This document shows, piece by piece, positions 25,532-37,900 of a stretch of 64,000 nucleotides of DNA; position 1 is the stretch's first letter, and each line of letters begins with the position of its first letter. Source of the stretch: Amphiscolops sp. MND2022 (taxonomy: Eukaryota); assembly GCA_964187785.1 (NCBI GenBank), contig OZ076409.1:372001-436000 (forward strand). The letters are read 5' to 3'. Position numbers and translations under genes: made by a program. The notes beneath the pieces were generated by a model. That model was not told where the DNA came from. It saw only the letters and a list, made by a program, of their open reading frames with translations, and did not search any database.

Positions 25532-25633
25532 CTGCAACACACACACATACACACAAGATACCTTGCTCCGCTTCACCAATCACAAGCTTTTAGAGCGTTC
25601 AAGAGGTCAAATTCAAATTCAATGCATGTACAG

Positions 25634-25945
25634 GGGAACGTTTATTTAGGCCCGAAAATTTGTTCTCCGAAATTATTATTATAACGTAGTCAGCTATATT
25701 CACGTACCCCTAGTGCCCTAAAAGCAGCAGCAAAGCGAAGCGGAGCGACGTGCCATATGGCCATGCCTCAAGGTTGCTACTTGGCGAAGGGAGCGAAGCG
25801 ACAGAGCCATACAACAGATATGCTAACCTCTTCAAATAAATCAATTTAAATACATATTGGCTGATATATTATTATCTGACGCTAATAGTCACCAAATTAA
25901 TCGGGCCTCAAATTACACTAGCTTCGGTCCTCAAATAGGCTACCC
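25634..25945 (+). mobile_element. Mutator-like MITE carrying the GCGAAGC cassette
   Basis: Flanking (C)ATGTACAG repeat; termini GGGAACGTTTATTTAGGCCCGAA / TTCGGTCCTCAAATAGGCTACCC. Confidence 0.75.
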
Positions 25946-25950
25946 ATGTA

Positions 25951-26773
25951 CAGTACTGTGATTAAGAAAATGTCCCCGGGCGATTTTAGGCTCCATTTTC
26001 TCGAAATCGGTTGGAAATTTTGAAAAACGTCAGAAATAAAAGTTTCTCAGAATTTCATCTAGTTTACAATACTATTTTTAAAAAATTCTGAAACAAAAAT
26101 TGAGAAAGTTATAGCTGATTTTGAGCAAAATTGGGACTTTTTGCCGTTCTTTCTAAATTTTAACCGTTTTGTGTTTTTTGGCAGTTTTTTTGACAAATTT
26201 TATGCTCAATTAAATCCCACAAATCTACTGAATTGATGAATATATTTTGATTTCAAAAATGATCAATTGTTTCCGACGTATCATTCTCGAAGGGTAAAAT
26301 TTCCTCAATTTACATGAACTTCACTGAAAGCGTTGGCCAATCAAAATTGAAAGTGAGACCAAATAAACAATTTTAAATGGCCGAGAACGTCATAGGGGAC
26401 GATTTCTTAATCACAGTACTGGTGCAACTTCAATTCGTCGAACATTCAAATCGTCGAAAAATGAAAAGCTATTCAATGCGTCGAAAGAATTCCATATCAG
26501 CGATTATTATCATTTTGTTATATTTTTTGTTATATATTAGCATATTTGTTGTATGGCTCTCGGTCGCTTCTCTCCTTTCGCCAAGTAGCAACATTGAGAC
26601 ATGGCCATATGGCACGTCGCTTCGCTTCTGCATTTAAGGCACTAGGAGTATGTGAACATAGCTGATTTGAATGCTCGAATTTGATTGGCCGAAATCAATT
26701 CATTCCATTACGTCATACCATGCTCGCTAAATTAATACGTGTTCGCCGAATTGAAGAGTCCCCCACAGTACTG
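25951..26773. mobile_element. Tc1-type MITE whose right TIR is split by a Mutator-like insertion
   Basis: TA-CAGTACTGTGATTAAGAAAATGTCCCC ... GGGGACGATTTCTTAATCACAGTACT[insert]CACAGTACTG-TA. Confidence 0.78.
26421..26763 (-). mobile_element. Mutator-like MITE carrying the GCGAAGC cassette
   Basis: 9-bp TSD CACAGTACT (26412-26420, 26764-26772); TIR core CTTCAATTCGTCGAAC / GTTCGCCGAATTGAAG. Confidence 0.78.
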
Positions 26774-27300
26774 TATTCACGACACCTAGGAAGTTGCGGA
26801 AATATATTGAACAAATCGCGGGAAAACTTGCGTTTAAAATGTCTTGAAATCGTGGGGAAAAGCGCGGAAAATTCAAAAATTTTAAACTACAATGTGCAAT
26901 TACAAATGATCAAAATTTACAAACTAATGTATAAAAACAAAAGCCATTCAATGGTTTCCCTTTTCAAGGATCGACGGTCATCTGTGAGAATTTTGTTATA
27001 GTATGAAAACAGGCGATCCACCTCTGCGGACGTCAAAAATAATGCATATATTAAGTTAACGGATAAAGTAGGCATGTTCTATGTAAACTAAATTCAATTT
27101 CGGTGTGTTGCTTTGATTTTAACGAAAAGCGCGGGAAAAGTTGCAAGAATGCGCGGAATGTAAAGATGATTGAAATGCGCGGGAAATCGCGGTAAATTGC
27201 AGCAGCAAGTTCCTACTAGTAGGGGTCGTGTGTATTGGAGTGACGTGCGTTAGTAAGTATGTAAAAAAGTAGAGAGAGTGCCAGATGAGTCCGGACTTAC

Positions 27301-27527
27301 CAGATGAGTCCGAGTGTCTTGGCGGGTAGCCCCGACAGGAGGAACACCTCTTTGACCTTCTCGCCACCCAGCAGCGCTTGGTTGGGAGGGCGTGAGGGTA
27401 CTGCCCCCAACAGAGAGAGGAATGTCTTGTCGTAGCGACTCTTCTCCTCCGCAGTGATGAACGGCACAGCCGAGCCCTTCCTGCACGGCACGAACAGGCC
27501 TCCGATGCTAGCGGCAGCAGCAGCCAT
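27301..27527 (-). CDS. ITSN: Intersectin coding exon 1 (start, N-half of EH1)
   Basis: ATG at 27527; ...FITAEEKSRYDKTF...GEKVKEVFLLSGLPAKTLGLIW; donor GTAAGT at 27300; acceptor ttcAG about 20 nt upstream of the ATG. Confidence 0.88.
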
Positions 27528-27710
27528 CTGTCTCTTACATTCACCACCTGAAGCGAACCAGAGCGAGAAAGACCACAGTCACTCAGAAGCAGCTGCATTA
27601 AAGCAAGTTAAACTCCAACCACCGACCAATAATAGGTATATTATCGCATAGTTGTGAACCAAAGTAGTCGCTCATAATCGAGACCCATGTAAAGTCAAGT
27701 AAGATTTAAA

Positions 27711-28372
27711 CTAGAAGTGAACGTCTCAAGTCGGCGCCCCACTTAACGCTCAAAAAGCGCATGTTTTTAGGGTTTGCTCATGACGTTTTCTATGGAAAAC
27801 TTACAAAAAAGTTTTGAAACACTCAAAGGGTGCATTTCGTGCTCGGAAAACGCTTCACTAGTTCGGATTTGACGTGCTGAGACAAATGCGAGCGTTTTTT
27901 CGATCATACGCCTCCTCTTGAGTAAAATGTAAAATAACTTCGGATATAACGTGAAAAGTTCGGATATAGCGTGCTGGGACAAATGGGAGCGCTTGTTTTT
28001 GAACCTCCTTAGTAAAACGCAATATAGTTCGGATATCACGTCAAAAATTCGGATACACCGCAAGATTTTCGAACCTAAAACCCCTCTTTAGGGAAACGCA
28101 ACTTACTTCGGATATAACGTCACAAGTCGGATAGTTCTGAAAAAAATTATGGTGGGTATATATATTGCAAAACCTATTTCAGAAGAAAAAAATTTGGAAC
28201 GTTTTGATTGTGCCAAAAGGTGTGCCGAAAAATCGGGACCTTTGGACCTTTCCGAGGCGTTCGTTTAGTAGAACAAACAAAAAAAGTATCCATTTCAGTG
28301 GGAGCATCAAGAAAAAAACTAGTCACGGCAATAGTCGTGCACTTTTTCTCGTGTGAAAAGCGCAGACTAAAA
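27711..28372 (-). mobile_element. Helentron/DINE-1-like family A with internal TTCGGATATAAC repeats
   Basis: ACGTCTCAAGTCGGCGC start and AAAAGCGCAGACTAAAA end. Confidence 0.65.
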
Positions 28373-28613
28373 ATATGTCTGACATATTGAAGGGACAACT
28401 TTCGTGAAACTTTTCAATCATGGGTTACCACCGAAAATCGACCTTCGATATTCAGGTGTTTCTTAAACCATTTTCCAGGTATACAAAAAAGTTAAGAAAA
28501 AAACAAATGGAAGTGAAACAATGAAACTGATCAAGTTCAAAACAAACAAATTACAACTGTGTGAGTTGGTTCTTCATCAACTGTGATCGTTCGCGAGCAA
28601 CTTGATCGTGCTG

Positions 28614-29630
28614 TTTTTTAGTCGGCGTTTTCGAAGAAAACGCCGACTCTTACAGTAACTTTTTTTTCGTCAGTTCAACGCGATCGGTCCACTTCTTCTG
28701 TTGATTGAACAAATGAACAGAAAACTTCAACTCCTTCGCCAAGTAATTTTCAGACTTCCAGAAGCGGAGGAGACCGTGGGTTCGAGTCTGGCACAAAGTT
28801 TTTAATGTTTCCAAAAGTAGAGGGTAGACCAAAGGGTCCCTCTTTGGGTTTTTTCGGCAGTATGCGACTTTTTTCCGAAAATTTTTGAATTCTATCAAAG
28901 GGTACTCCCTTGAATTTTTTTGAAGTTGTCGATTTGTAAAAAACGTTTAATGAGCCTAAAGGGTCTCTTCTTGGGTTTTTCAGCATTATGCGACATTTTT
29001 AACAATTTCAATTTTTCTCACAGGCAACTCAGTTTTTTTTATGCTTCTATTGCAGAGAAAAAAACTGTTTTCGAGTTTCGGGGAAAACCTTTTCGGGATT
29101 TTTTGGCACTGTGTGATAAATGAAAAATTTCACAATAGGCTGAGTTTTTCCTTGAATATTGTTGAGCCAGGGTGACCACATGGATGACCATCGAAATATG
29201 AACCTCAGAATTTGAGCAAAATATGAACATTTATGAACTTAAACGTGGCAAAAAATATGAAAATTTATGAAGTTAAGAGTGGCAAAAATGATGTCTTTCA
29301 CAAATGTTAATTATGAAGTTGTATAAAATTCATGTACTCAAAACCTCAAAACATTTGGCTGATGACGTTGGCAGAAATGATATAGGTCCTAGCAACTTCG
29401 GCCTTCTTCTCGTCCTCCAGTTTCTTCTTTTTAACTTCATTTACTCTAACTTTACATTTAAAAAAATACTTTAACTCTTCATTAACAGTGAAACCCAAAA
29501 AAATCATTAAAATACACAGACAGGGAAAATCGGTAAAATATGAACCTTGACCTAAAATATGAACCAAGTGGTCACCCTGTATTGAGCGTTAGATATAACG
29601 CCACCGACTTGCGACTTGGGCCGGCTTGTT
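28614..29630 (+). mobile_element. Helentron/DINE-1-like family A interrupted by a hAT MITE
   Basis: TTTAGTCGGCGTTTTCGAAGAAAACGCCGACT start; the end TTAGATATAACGCC..GGCTTGTT resumes after 29579. Confidence 0.72.
29168..29579. mobile_element. hAT MITE
   Basis: TIR CAGGGTGACCAC / GTGGTCACCCTG; 8-bp TSD T(G/A)TTGAGC. Confidence 0.8.
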
Positions 29631-31310
29631 GGTTTCTCATTTTCGAGGTCTTGTAGCAGCTCCTTCTCGAGTTTCTTCAAGATACTGTCTCAATCTGATT
29701 GGCTCTGAATTGCGTTGTTGGCTTGAAGCCATCTCATCTTGTATCGACTGCGTGCTAATTTGCAATCATCGAGCAAACTTGTATCCTCAACATGAGCATT
29801 TTCTACAGCACCAGCAGCAGATAGTGTACAATTCTCAACTAAAAACGCCGAGTTGAGTTCACTGAAATTCCCGATTCAACCGCCCAATTGAATTGCCATG
29901 GAAAACAACAATTACAATGCTTTTCACTTGCCAGAGTCATCCATATAAGATAAAATCTCATGGTAAAAATCGTTGAGTGCCGTCAAAAGATGCCAAATCT
30001 GCTGATTTTTCGTCTATCATATTTTCATATGGTCGTTTTGCTTTATCAAGTGTCACAGCTGTCTTCTGCTGATTAAAATTGCAGAAAAACTTTTTTCAAA
30101 TACCCAGTGTTTTTCGAGAATTTGCACTGTGTATCTATCGTGTCAAACTTTGGTCACACACAAATCGGAGTGCGAAATTGGTCACTCGCACGCTACTGTA
30201 CTAGTGTCTTGAATGGAATAAAACATGACTTTCCAATACTACATGGATGCAGGCGAAGCTGCCAGCGAACCATTACTTAGTAGAGTCGTTCGCTTCATGC
30301 ATGTAGATGAAAGTGCTGCTGGGTTAGATAGACTAGTAGCTAGTTGGAGAACGATTTGTAAAGATATCTGGTGGCGGCATACGTGCTACCATTGGAGGTG
30401 GTACGCGTCACAAAAAGATAGCAGCAGCTTTCGCAGATGAACGCTTGCAGCTGAAAGAATTGCAGAGAACGAAACAGCACGTGGAACCATGCCCACTTTT
30501 GCCATTCGGGTTAAAAAGAAACCGTTTGAAGAACAACGCGAGAAAAAGATGGAGAACATCACTATCACTCACCAAAAATCAATAACGCATCTCAAACTTC
30601 TTTCGAATCTACTTTGAGCGAATACCAATCAAATATTTGGGATAGGACCGATAGGACCAATCTCCATTTGAAGGATGTCGGAAAGGAGTGTTTTGGGATA
30701 GCTACCGTGTATTTTGTTCTGCAGCAAAAAAGAACTGATCTAGCAGCGAGTTCAAAACAAGAGCAGAGATTGATTGCGACATGGAATTGAAGTAACATAC
30801 AACAAATAGATAACATACAGTATATACAGTTGCATCTAGACTGAAATCATATCGATTAGCAACACATCAACATAAGTTATCCGTACGCTCATTCAGCTTA
30901 CCCGTCCCGTCTATTGGGAAAATCTCCATTTCAAAATTGATGCTTTCGCAAAAATAGAAAAAAGTGGATACTAAAGAAGAAACATGAAATACTAAGTCGT
31001 TCTTTTATGGAAATGATGCATTAAACTTTGAAATTAAATGAGTAGTTATACATAGTGTATTTCCGAGCACCCTTTATGATTTGAGTAGTTTTGAGTAGAT
31101 TGAACACATTCAAAGATGACTACACGACAGACAGTAGCAGCCACTGAGGATGAATGACGTCATACATTCTCCCCCGCAGACGTCTTGGCTGGCGTGGAAC
31201 CCACCGCCCATGATCAGCTTCAACTTCATTATGCTTGTGTGTGCACTTGACCTCACCTCACCTGACCTGACCTGGGCTGACCTGCCCGGCGGGGTGTGAG
31301 GTGATGTGAG

Positions 31311-31356
31311 CTAGTCCTCGAATGTCATCCTGCCCACTCCGTGGTTCTTGATCCAC
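31311..31356 (-). CDS. DNAJC25: DNAJC25 terminal coding exon
   Basis: tgcAG acceptor then (R)WIKNHGVGRMTFED-TAG, matching the family C-terminus RWMKNEGPGRLTF. Confidence 0.9.
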
Positions 31357-31747
31357 CTGCAGCAGCACAAAAGGAACACTGAGTCAAGAGTTCGTTGACT
31401 ACCAAACTTGCCTATTCATTTCGCGTGAAACTTCTACGTTTCATTCCACAGCAGAAGGTCTCCTATCTTCAAACTACTCGCCACACAAAGCACAGGCTTA
31501 CAATGTCACGGGGTATTATCACATGACATGCATGCAGAAGAAAAAAACTTGAAGTAACTAAGTTGAGTCAATATCCAAATAGATCCGGGATCGAATATGG
31601 AACACAAATACGCTTTCAAATGTTATAATGATAATCTGGATCGATTTCTGGATAGATTAAGGCTGGAGAACGTCTCCAGGGCTCGTGGCTTGGTTTTGAT
31701 GCAGTAAAAGATGAATGGTGAAACTGAACTATTTCCTGATCTTTTTA

Positions 31748-32230
31748 TTAGTCGGCGCTTTTCTTAAGAAAAGAGCCCGACTATTACAGTCACTCGTTTT
31801 TTTTATTTAAGACAGACTCGAAGCGACGAACGTTAAAATTAACGTTCAACTACTAAATAAGTACTAAACTACTGGACCGCTAAAGGCAAACGGGGAGCGC
31901 ATTCATTTACTTTTTCAACGTTACATACAAGCCCGGACGGGACTAAAGTTTCGTACCCCCCCCTTTCGATTTTTTTCGGCGCTGTGAGATTTTTCTTTCG
32001 AATTTTTTTTTAATGTCCCCAGAGGGTCCCCCCTTTGAGTTTTTTGTTATTTTGTTACAGAATGCGTGTTTATAAATCAAAAAGGGTCCCCCCTTTTACA
32101 TTTTTCGGCACTGTGCGACATTTTCCGAAAGAATTTTTTTTCGAAAATTTCAAGTTTTTTTCCAAAAAAAATGTTTTGCGCTTTTTGAGCCTTAGATATA
32201 GCGCCGACTTGAGGCGTTCTCGTCTTGCTT
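31748..32230 (+). mobile_element. Helentron/DINE-1-like family A (young subfamily)
   Basis: Near-identical to 5653-6130. Confidence 0.85.
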
Positions 32231-32729
32231 TCTTTTAACCTTAACTTGGCAACTGTGCCAAATTTGGTACATTTAGTTTCTGCAAATTCTAAACGCACCA
32301 GCAGATTTTATAGTAAAGAAAACTCTTGAATCAGATTTTCAGACGATATTGCATAGCATTCGGCCTTTTCACGAAATATTGATATGATGTCTCCGAAAAC
32401 CAGAAAATGGGACCGAAAAGTCAAAAATAATGAGTGCAAATTTTCCGTTTTTCCAGTTTTCGTTTGTCGCCCTTTTATCCCACTGGTATCAACATTGGGT
32501 CAAAGCGGCCAAAGCATGTTTTGAAACATGCTGAAAAGCAATCAGACACCGATGCTGCAATCCTTGAAAGTACTTGAAAATTTGTTTGTTTACTAAACAA
32601 ACAAAGCTGATTGAGCTGACAAAGCTGCCTGTCTTTCAACTTTTATTAACAAAAGAATGATATGATGAACAAACGTGAAGAAGTGTGAATAAATTCTACA
32701 AATTCAAAAAAATTTCTTCTTTTTGGAAC

Positions 32730-33352
32730 CTAGCAACTTCAATCTCAGCCTCAGAAAACAAGTTCTCGCTGCGGCTCACTTCGCTAATTTATGTAATCAT
32801 CAGTAGAGTAAGATATTCGTCTTCATTGCAATTCTTTGGGGGAAAACGCAGATCAAAAACGCTATTGTTAAAGTCCTTAGCACAAAACATCACGAAGAAT
32901 CCATATTCAAGTTTATGCAACAACTGAAAAACAATAAAAAACAGTCTATTGCTACGCATTTTTCCTGCACTGCATATATACCAGGCCATTTTGAAGTCCC
33001 CGCTACTGGGAACGGTTTTTTTGTTCTTGTCAGAATGGTTGACAAAATTTTTACCACTTTCAAAATCGAAGAAACGAATCGCAGTTTCTCGGACACCTCG
33101 CGCCATTACAACTCGACTAAAGATGAATCACTGCTAACTGGGCAGCCTTGGACTAGGGCATTTTCTATCTGGCGATTTAACAATGACAGCCAGAGACTAC
33201 AATGTAAATATGATTTGACAAGACTATCCAATATGAGCACTAAAAACTTTTCAAAACTTGCTGAAGGAACCAGAAAACATGTTAACACTTTTTACCCGCA
33301 TTCGCACATTCGCATAACTGGTCAAGTGATAAACATTGATCCTATTAACTGA
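32730..33352 (+). pseudogene. Helitron-like helicase C-terminus (Pif1 motif VI) followed by a degenerate GIY-YIG-like domain
   Basis: LATSISASENK...LIYVIISRVR..LQFFG, then VPATGNGFFVLV...KIEETNR...RHYNST...QPW. LATSISA is also the last segment of the helicase piece at 38549-38580. Confidence 0.6.
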
Positions 33353-33442
33353 AGATTATTAAAATACATTAACGATGTTGCATTACATGAAAAACAACTT
33401 GATCGAGCAACTCAGAAAAATACTGACTGCAGAAGAAAATAG

Positions 33443-33941
33443 AACAAGACGGGATCGTCTCAAGTCGGCGCCATATCTAAGGCTCAAAAATATTCAAAGA
33501 ACAACTATTGGAAACATTTGGAAAAAGAATTTTTTTCAAAAAAAAGTATTTTTTAGACAGTCGCACAATGCCGAAAAACTCAAAAAGAGGCCATTCAGGC
33601 TCATTAAACGTTTTTACAAACCGAAAACATCAAAAAAATGCAAGGGGTTACACTTTGATAGAATTCCAAAATTTTCGAGAAAAAGTCGCATAGTGCCGAA
33701 AAAACCCAAAGGGGGGACCCTTTGGTCTCACCTGCTGTACTTTTGGAAGCATAAAAATATTATGGTTTAGTGCGAGAATCGAACCCCCGCTTTCCGGCTT
33801 GGAAGATGAACAAATATGAAAGATGAACAAATTGTAAAAAGTGGACCATTCAGAGTGAGATTGTAGGCTGAAAAAGAAAAAAAAACTACCCACTGTAATA
33901 GTCGGGCTTTTTTCCTTAAGGGAAAAGGCGCCGACTAAAAA
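33443..33941 (-). mobile_element. Helentron/DINE-1-like family A
   Basis: AACAAGACGGGATCGTCTCAAGTCGGCGCC ... AGTCGGGCTTTTTTCCTTAAGGGAAAAGGCGCCGACTAAAA. Confidence 0.82.
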
Positions 33942-34999
33942 TTAAAACAGACTCAGCAAGCAATTGCTACTTTTAATTCAATGTTGTGGCCCTTGTCTCG
34001 TTTTCTTTCACTTTTTCTTCAGTACGTATGTCCCAGGGCTATTTTCAAACACTCAAACAAAGTTCATGGTTAATTAGTTTTGTGTTGTTAGCAAATGGAT
34101 TTTATTTAATGAGGATTGACTCGGAAATTGCCGTTTTTGTCATATTTATTCTCCTAACATTTCCTTCAAAATTGAAATCGTAATGAACATAAAGTTCGAG
34201 ACTGCTTAAAAGAATACAGATCAACATTTCCAGACTTCAACCCCAGAACATGTCCTTACTTATTAAACTTCAAAGCGTTTCTTTGGGTTATCATTTCTCA
34301 AATCTTTTCAAAAGCCCTTATTTGGCAGAATTAAAGCTTACTCTTTTTCAGATGAAACCCGCTTCAAGTAACCTCGTCGTGGGCTCTAATCAAGAATTTT
34401 GTCCCTAAAGTTATTCAAAACCGACGATGCAACAACCGGAACTAAACAAGACTACAAAAAAGTTGATTCAATCAACGCTGGTTGAAGAAGGCTACCAAAA
34501 TTTCGCAGTTGAAGTGTCGTTGAAGCGTTAAAGTGTGGTGTATGTAAACTTTGTGCGGGAGGAGGCTATTACATACTATTTTCAAACAAATTACCAGCGT
34601 TTAGTTAGTTTTTCACAATTAGCAAGCTTCGAAATTATTGAATCACTGTCAATCAGGAATCCTTAACGAACTTGGTATTCAATTCGTAAAAGCGAACACT
34701 TGAATTCGGAATCCAAAATTTAGCGACAAAATCAAGAAGAAGCACCAAAACCAATTTCGAAACAGAAGGTGGTGCTTCAGCACATATTGTTGAATATGGC
34801 TATGCTCAATTTCAACATGTTTAGAAAGTTTGTTTCTTTTGCTGCTAACTACAAAAAATATAGATCAATGGGACTTGATTACTTCGATACTTGTGATACA
34901 AAACTAGTTTTTGAGTTGATTGATATCTATATGTGGTAATACCGAAGGAATTAAATTGACGATCACAAGAGAGGTTCTGATTTGACCATTGTACATGTT

Positions 35000-37900
35000 C
35001 CTCGACATCCCTTAGTCGGAAACTTGTAACATCCTCATGTCAATTGCCTTGCATCCGTTGCGTCTTCACTGGGAGAGGCAACAGTGATGAGATTTGATGA
35101 TTTTTCCAACACTTGGTCGTTGTCAAAATCTGTGGCTGGAAGCGACGGATCAGGATCATTAGTTCTCCATTACCAACGGAATTTTGCAGTGAAAAGCCAA
35201 TCCTTGGTCCCTGCAATCGAATCTACTTTCCTTAACAACCGATCTGAAATGGTAGAAAACATGCGTACGATTGCTGCTGAAAATCATTTGCCCAGAGGCC
35301 TGATTACGGGAAGGTTTCGTAAATTTGACACGCTTGATGACGACAAATGTTTGGAAAGTGCGACAATCATTCCCTGTTCTACAATAACCAAGTGAAACAC
35401 TTCTTGAACTACCGACACGCTGAAAGAATTGTTACTCGACGTCAAACATTTGTCAGTTATATCAAACTCAACATCCTCAGAGATTCCACATTTGGAACTC
35501 CCCCCTAGAAAATAGAACGCCGATTTCACCATTGTTTCAGTAACCTTCCTTTTTCTCAATTTACATGCATTTGCAGAATCTATGATTATTTCACCAAAAA
35601 GCACAGCACTTACTTCTTCAGTCAAAATCTCAGCTATGAAAACCAGTTTCCAATCAGCAATTATTGTTGACATCAAAATTCCATCTATAGCTGTCGTTGA
35701 GTCTCTTGAAAACTTGACAAAACTGCGGCATAGGAGAGTTCACCATAATCATGTTCTACTCTGACGATGAATGCCATGACACGTTTTTTTTATTGCGATT
35801 GATTTTCAAAAACTTCTGAAAGGTGGATTTGCGTGAGAGGACAATCAGCAGACACCAGATGTTGTTACCATATAACGTTTGTTTTGCTATTTACCTTTGA
35901 AACCTTTTGAAAAAATGCCTTTCAAATTGGAGGAAGATCAAGCTTCTGTTAAATGCCCCCAGCATGTTACCATTCTGTCAAGAATACAAAAAATCTCAAC
36001 ATGTGTTCATTTGACCAAAAATGAAAATGTAGAGTAATTTGGAGAAGCCCAATAGAAAGCTGTAGCCTGTGTTCATGTGAAAAGTATCATTTACAGTATT
36101 TACAAACTAATGCGAATAACACTTCTATCCCGAAAGGCCCCCATCAGATATGCTATCAGACTTTGTGCCGACCTGCATTTGGACATTGATGCCGGTTCCA
36201 CATGCCTTGCTTTGGAACAAAACGATGTCCTGGGTGTTGACGTTGTGTCAATGCATGCGTTATTGAACGATATCTTCTGTGCTGCAACGCTTTCAGCGCC
36301 GCCGAGTGCGGGGTTGAAGCGGTTTTTCCAGCGGTTCTTAAGTCTTCATCCATCTTCATGCTCATCTCTAGCTCAATTGGAACCGTTGCTGTTTCCGTCA
36401 ATATTTTATCACCAACTTGAAGACGGATCTTATCCAGGTACCATTCCAATCTTCTTGTATACTATTGACAAAGACTGCCACGACTTCAGTTTCCACGTTT
36501 CCAAAGCTTACTCCAAGAGTGACCCTACTCTGGAGACTTCTTCAAATGCTAAATACATAGTTTGCCGCCTACTCTGGAGACTCTGCCAAGAGTGACCCTA
36601 CTCTGGAGACTTCTTCAAATGCTAAATACATAGTTTGCCGCCTACTCTGGAGAAGTGACCCTACTCTGGAGACTTCTTCAAATGCTAAATACATAGTTTG
36701 CCGCCGGAACCATTCTCAATCAGAATCTAAAAGGAAAACACTCAAGCTTTCATCGAGAGGGGCATACAGAGCATCGAAATTGAAAAAGCCCAAACTTGGG
36801 AGATCCAGCAAGTTTCTCCTCAGACACGGAAATACCTATCGACGAACTTTCAGCTGCCATGCGATCGGAACCAGTGTCTCTCTTTTTGACTCTCGTGCAA
36901 CCAAAAAGGACAACCTGGGGTACCTCCGTTAAAGCTGGCAATTGATGCTAATTTTCCAAATGCTAATATTGAAGAACGTAAAAGAGCAACGAAGCTTACA
37001 AGCCCACGTTTGTCCGACACTGAAACAGAGGTGTCAAATTTTTGATAGAGTTACTTCTTCATTCGTCAGAACATCTCATGGGTGAAATTCACAAGCTTTG
37101 GGGTAGAGCCGAATTTCAAACGTTAGACGGTAATTTACAGCATTACCACATACTGATATGGCTAATTGAAGGATCCATAAACCAATTCGATCAGGTTCAA
37201 TGTTAAAAAAACACATTCTTCACACGCTCCTCAAAATTGCAGATTCTTCAATGCAGTTGATGAGATGAAGTTGAATTGTTCCAATTGTACGATGAAAGCA
37301 TTCGGTTCCTTACCCAGTTGTGAAAAACCAGACGGACGTTGCAGGAAACGCAAGGACCTTGAAGGAAACAAAATTTGTCGAACGCCGCCATTTCCTCCTT
37401 CACACACTCATTGGGTAATGGACATTGAAACTCAATATCCCCATAAAGATCTAGAGAGTCTCAAAAGATTGAACTTGGCAGAAAAATACCGGGAACTTTA
37501 TTTGCTCTGCAACCACCTGGGCCGTTGAAGTGCACGAAAGTCATGTATGCTGCTACTGAAGGAGAACACATACTACCAACTTGTGGTGTTCTCTTTTGTT
37601 TGACGAGATCCAGCACGAACTTACTAGTAAAGTTACACTTCAAAGACGGAAGAACATACTGACGGTTCGATTGTACCAAGTGCTGATAGAAAAACATTCC
37701 GCCTGGAAACAGAGGGCATTGAAAATAAATATCTTGCATCAGCTCTTATCTTGAAGCGAGGACATTAAGCGAGATGTTGTACAACTTGACTGCCGAATCG
37801 TCTCTTTGATAGAGTGCCTTCTGGATTTTCGCAATGCCCTACGTCATGACAAACATGGACTTTGTGCACGTACAAAAAGTTCCCCCTTAACTGCGCTCTC

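Larger units (their letters stand above)
561..27527 (-). other. ITSN: Intersectin gene span, 5' part (EH1-EH2-coiled coil; about 668 codons in window; 3' exons lie beyond position 1)
   Basis: 11 exons join with consistent phases: 27527-27301, 25531-25293, 24415-23963, 23029-22966, 22875-22738, 21911-21820, 11263-11166, 10108-9854, 8385-8239, 7354-7267, 765-561. Two EH domains are followed by VSFEDKLRQNFDRGEAALEEKRKALLEQ, matching intersectin [28 protein letters not shown]. Confidence 0.93.

Noticed and set aside
30225..30820. Decayed ORF between DNAJC25 and ITSN
   Set aside because: It has multiple stops and no motif I can assign.
31040..31230. U3 snoRNA-like words (GAGGATGA, GAGCAC) or a SECIS in the DNAJC25 3'UTR
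   Set aside because: There is no box A or correctly ordered B/C/D boxes, no convincing SECIS stem, and no in-frame UGA in the gene.
36513..36705. Direct repeats as a CRISPR-like array
   Set aside because: The spacers are themselves pieces of the repeat; it is a tandem triplication.
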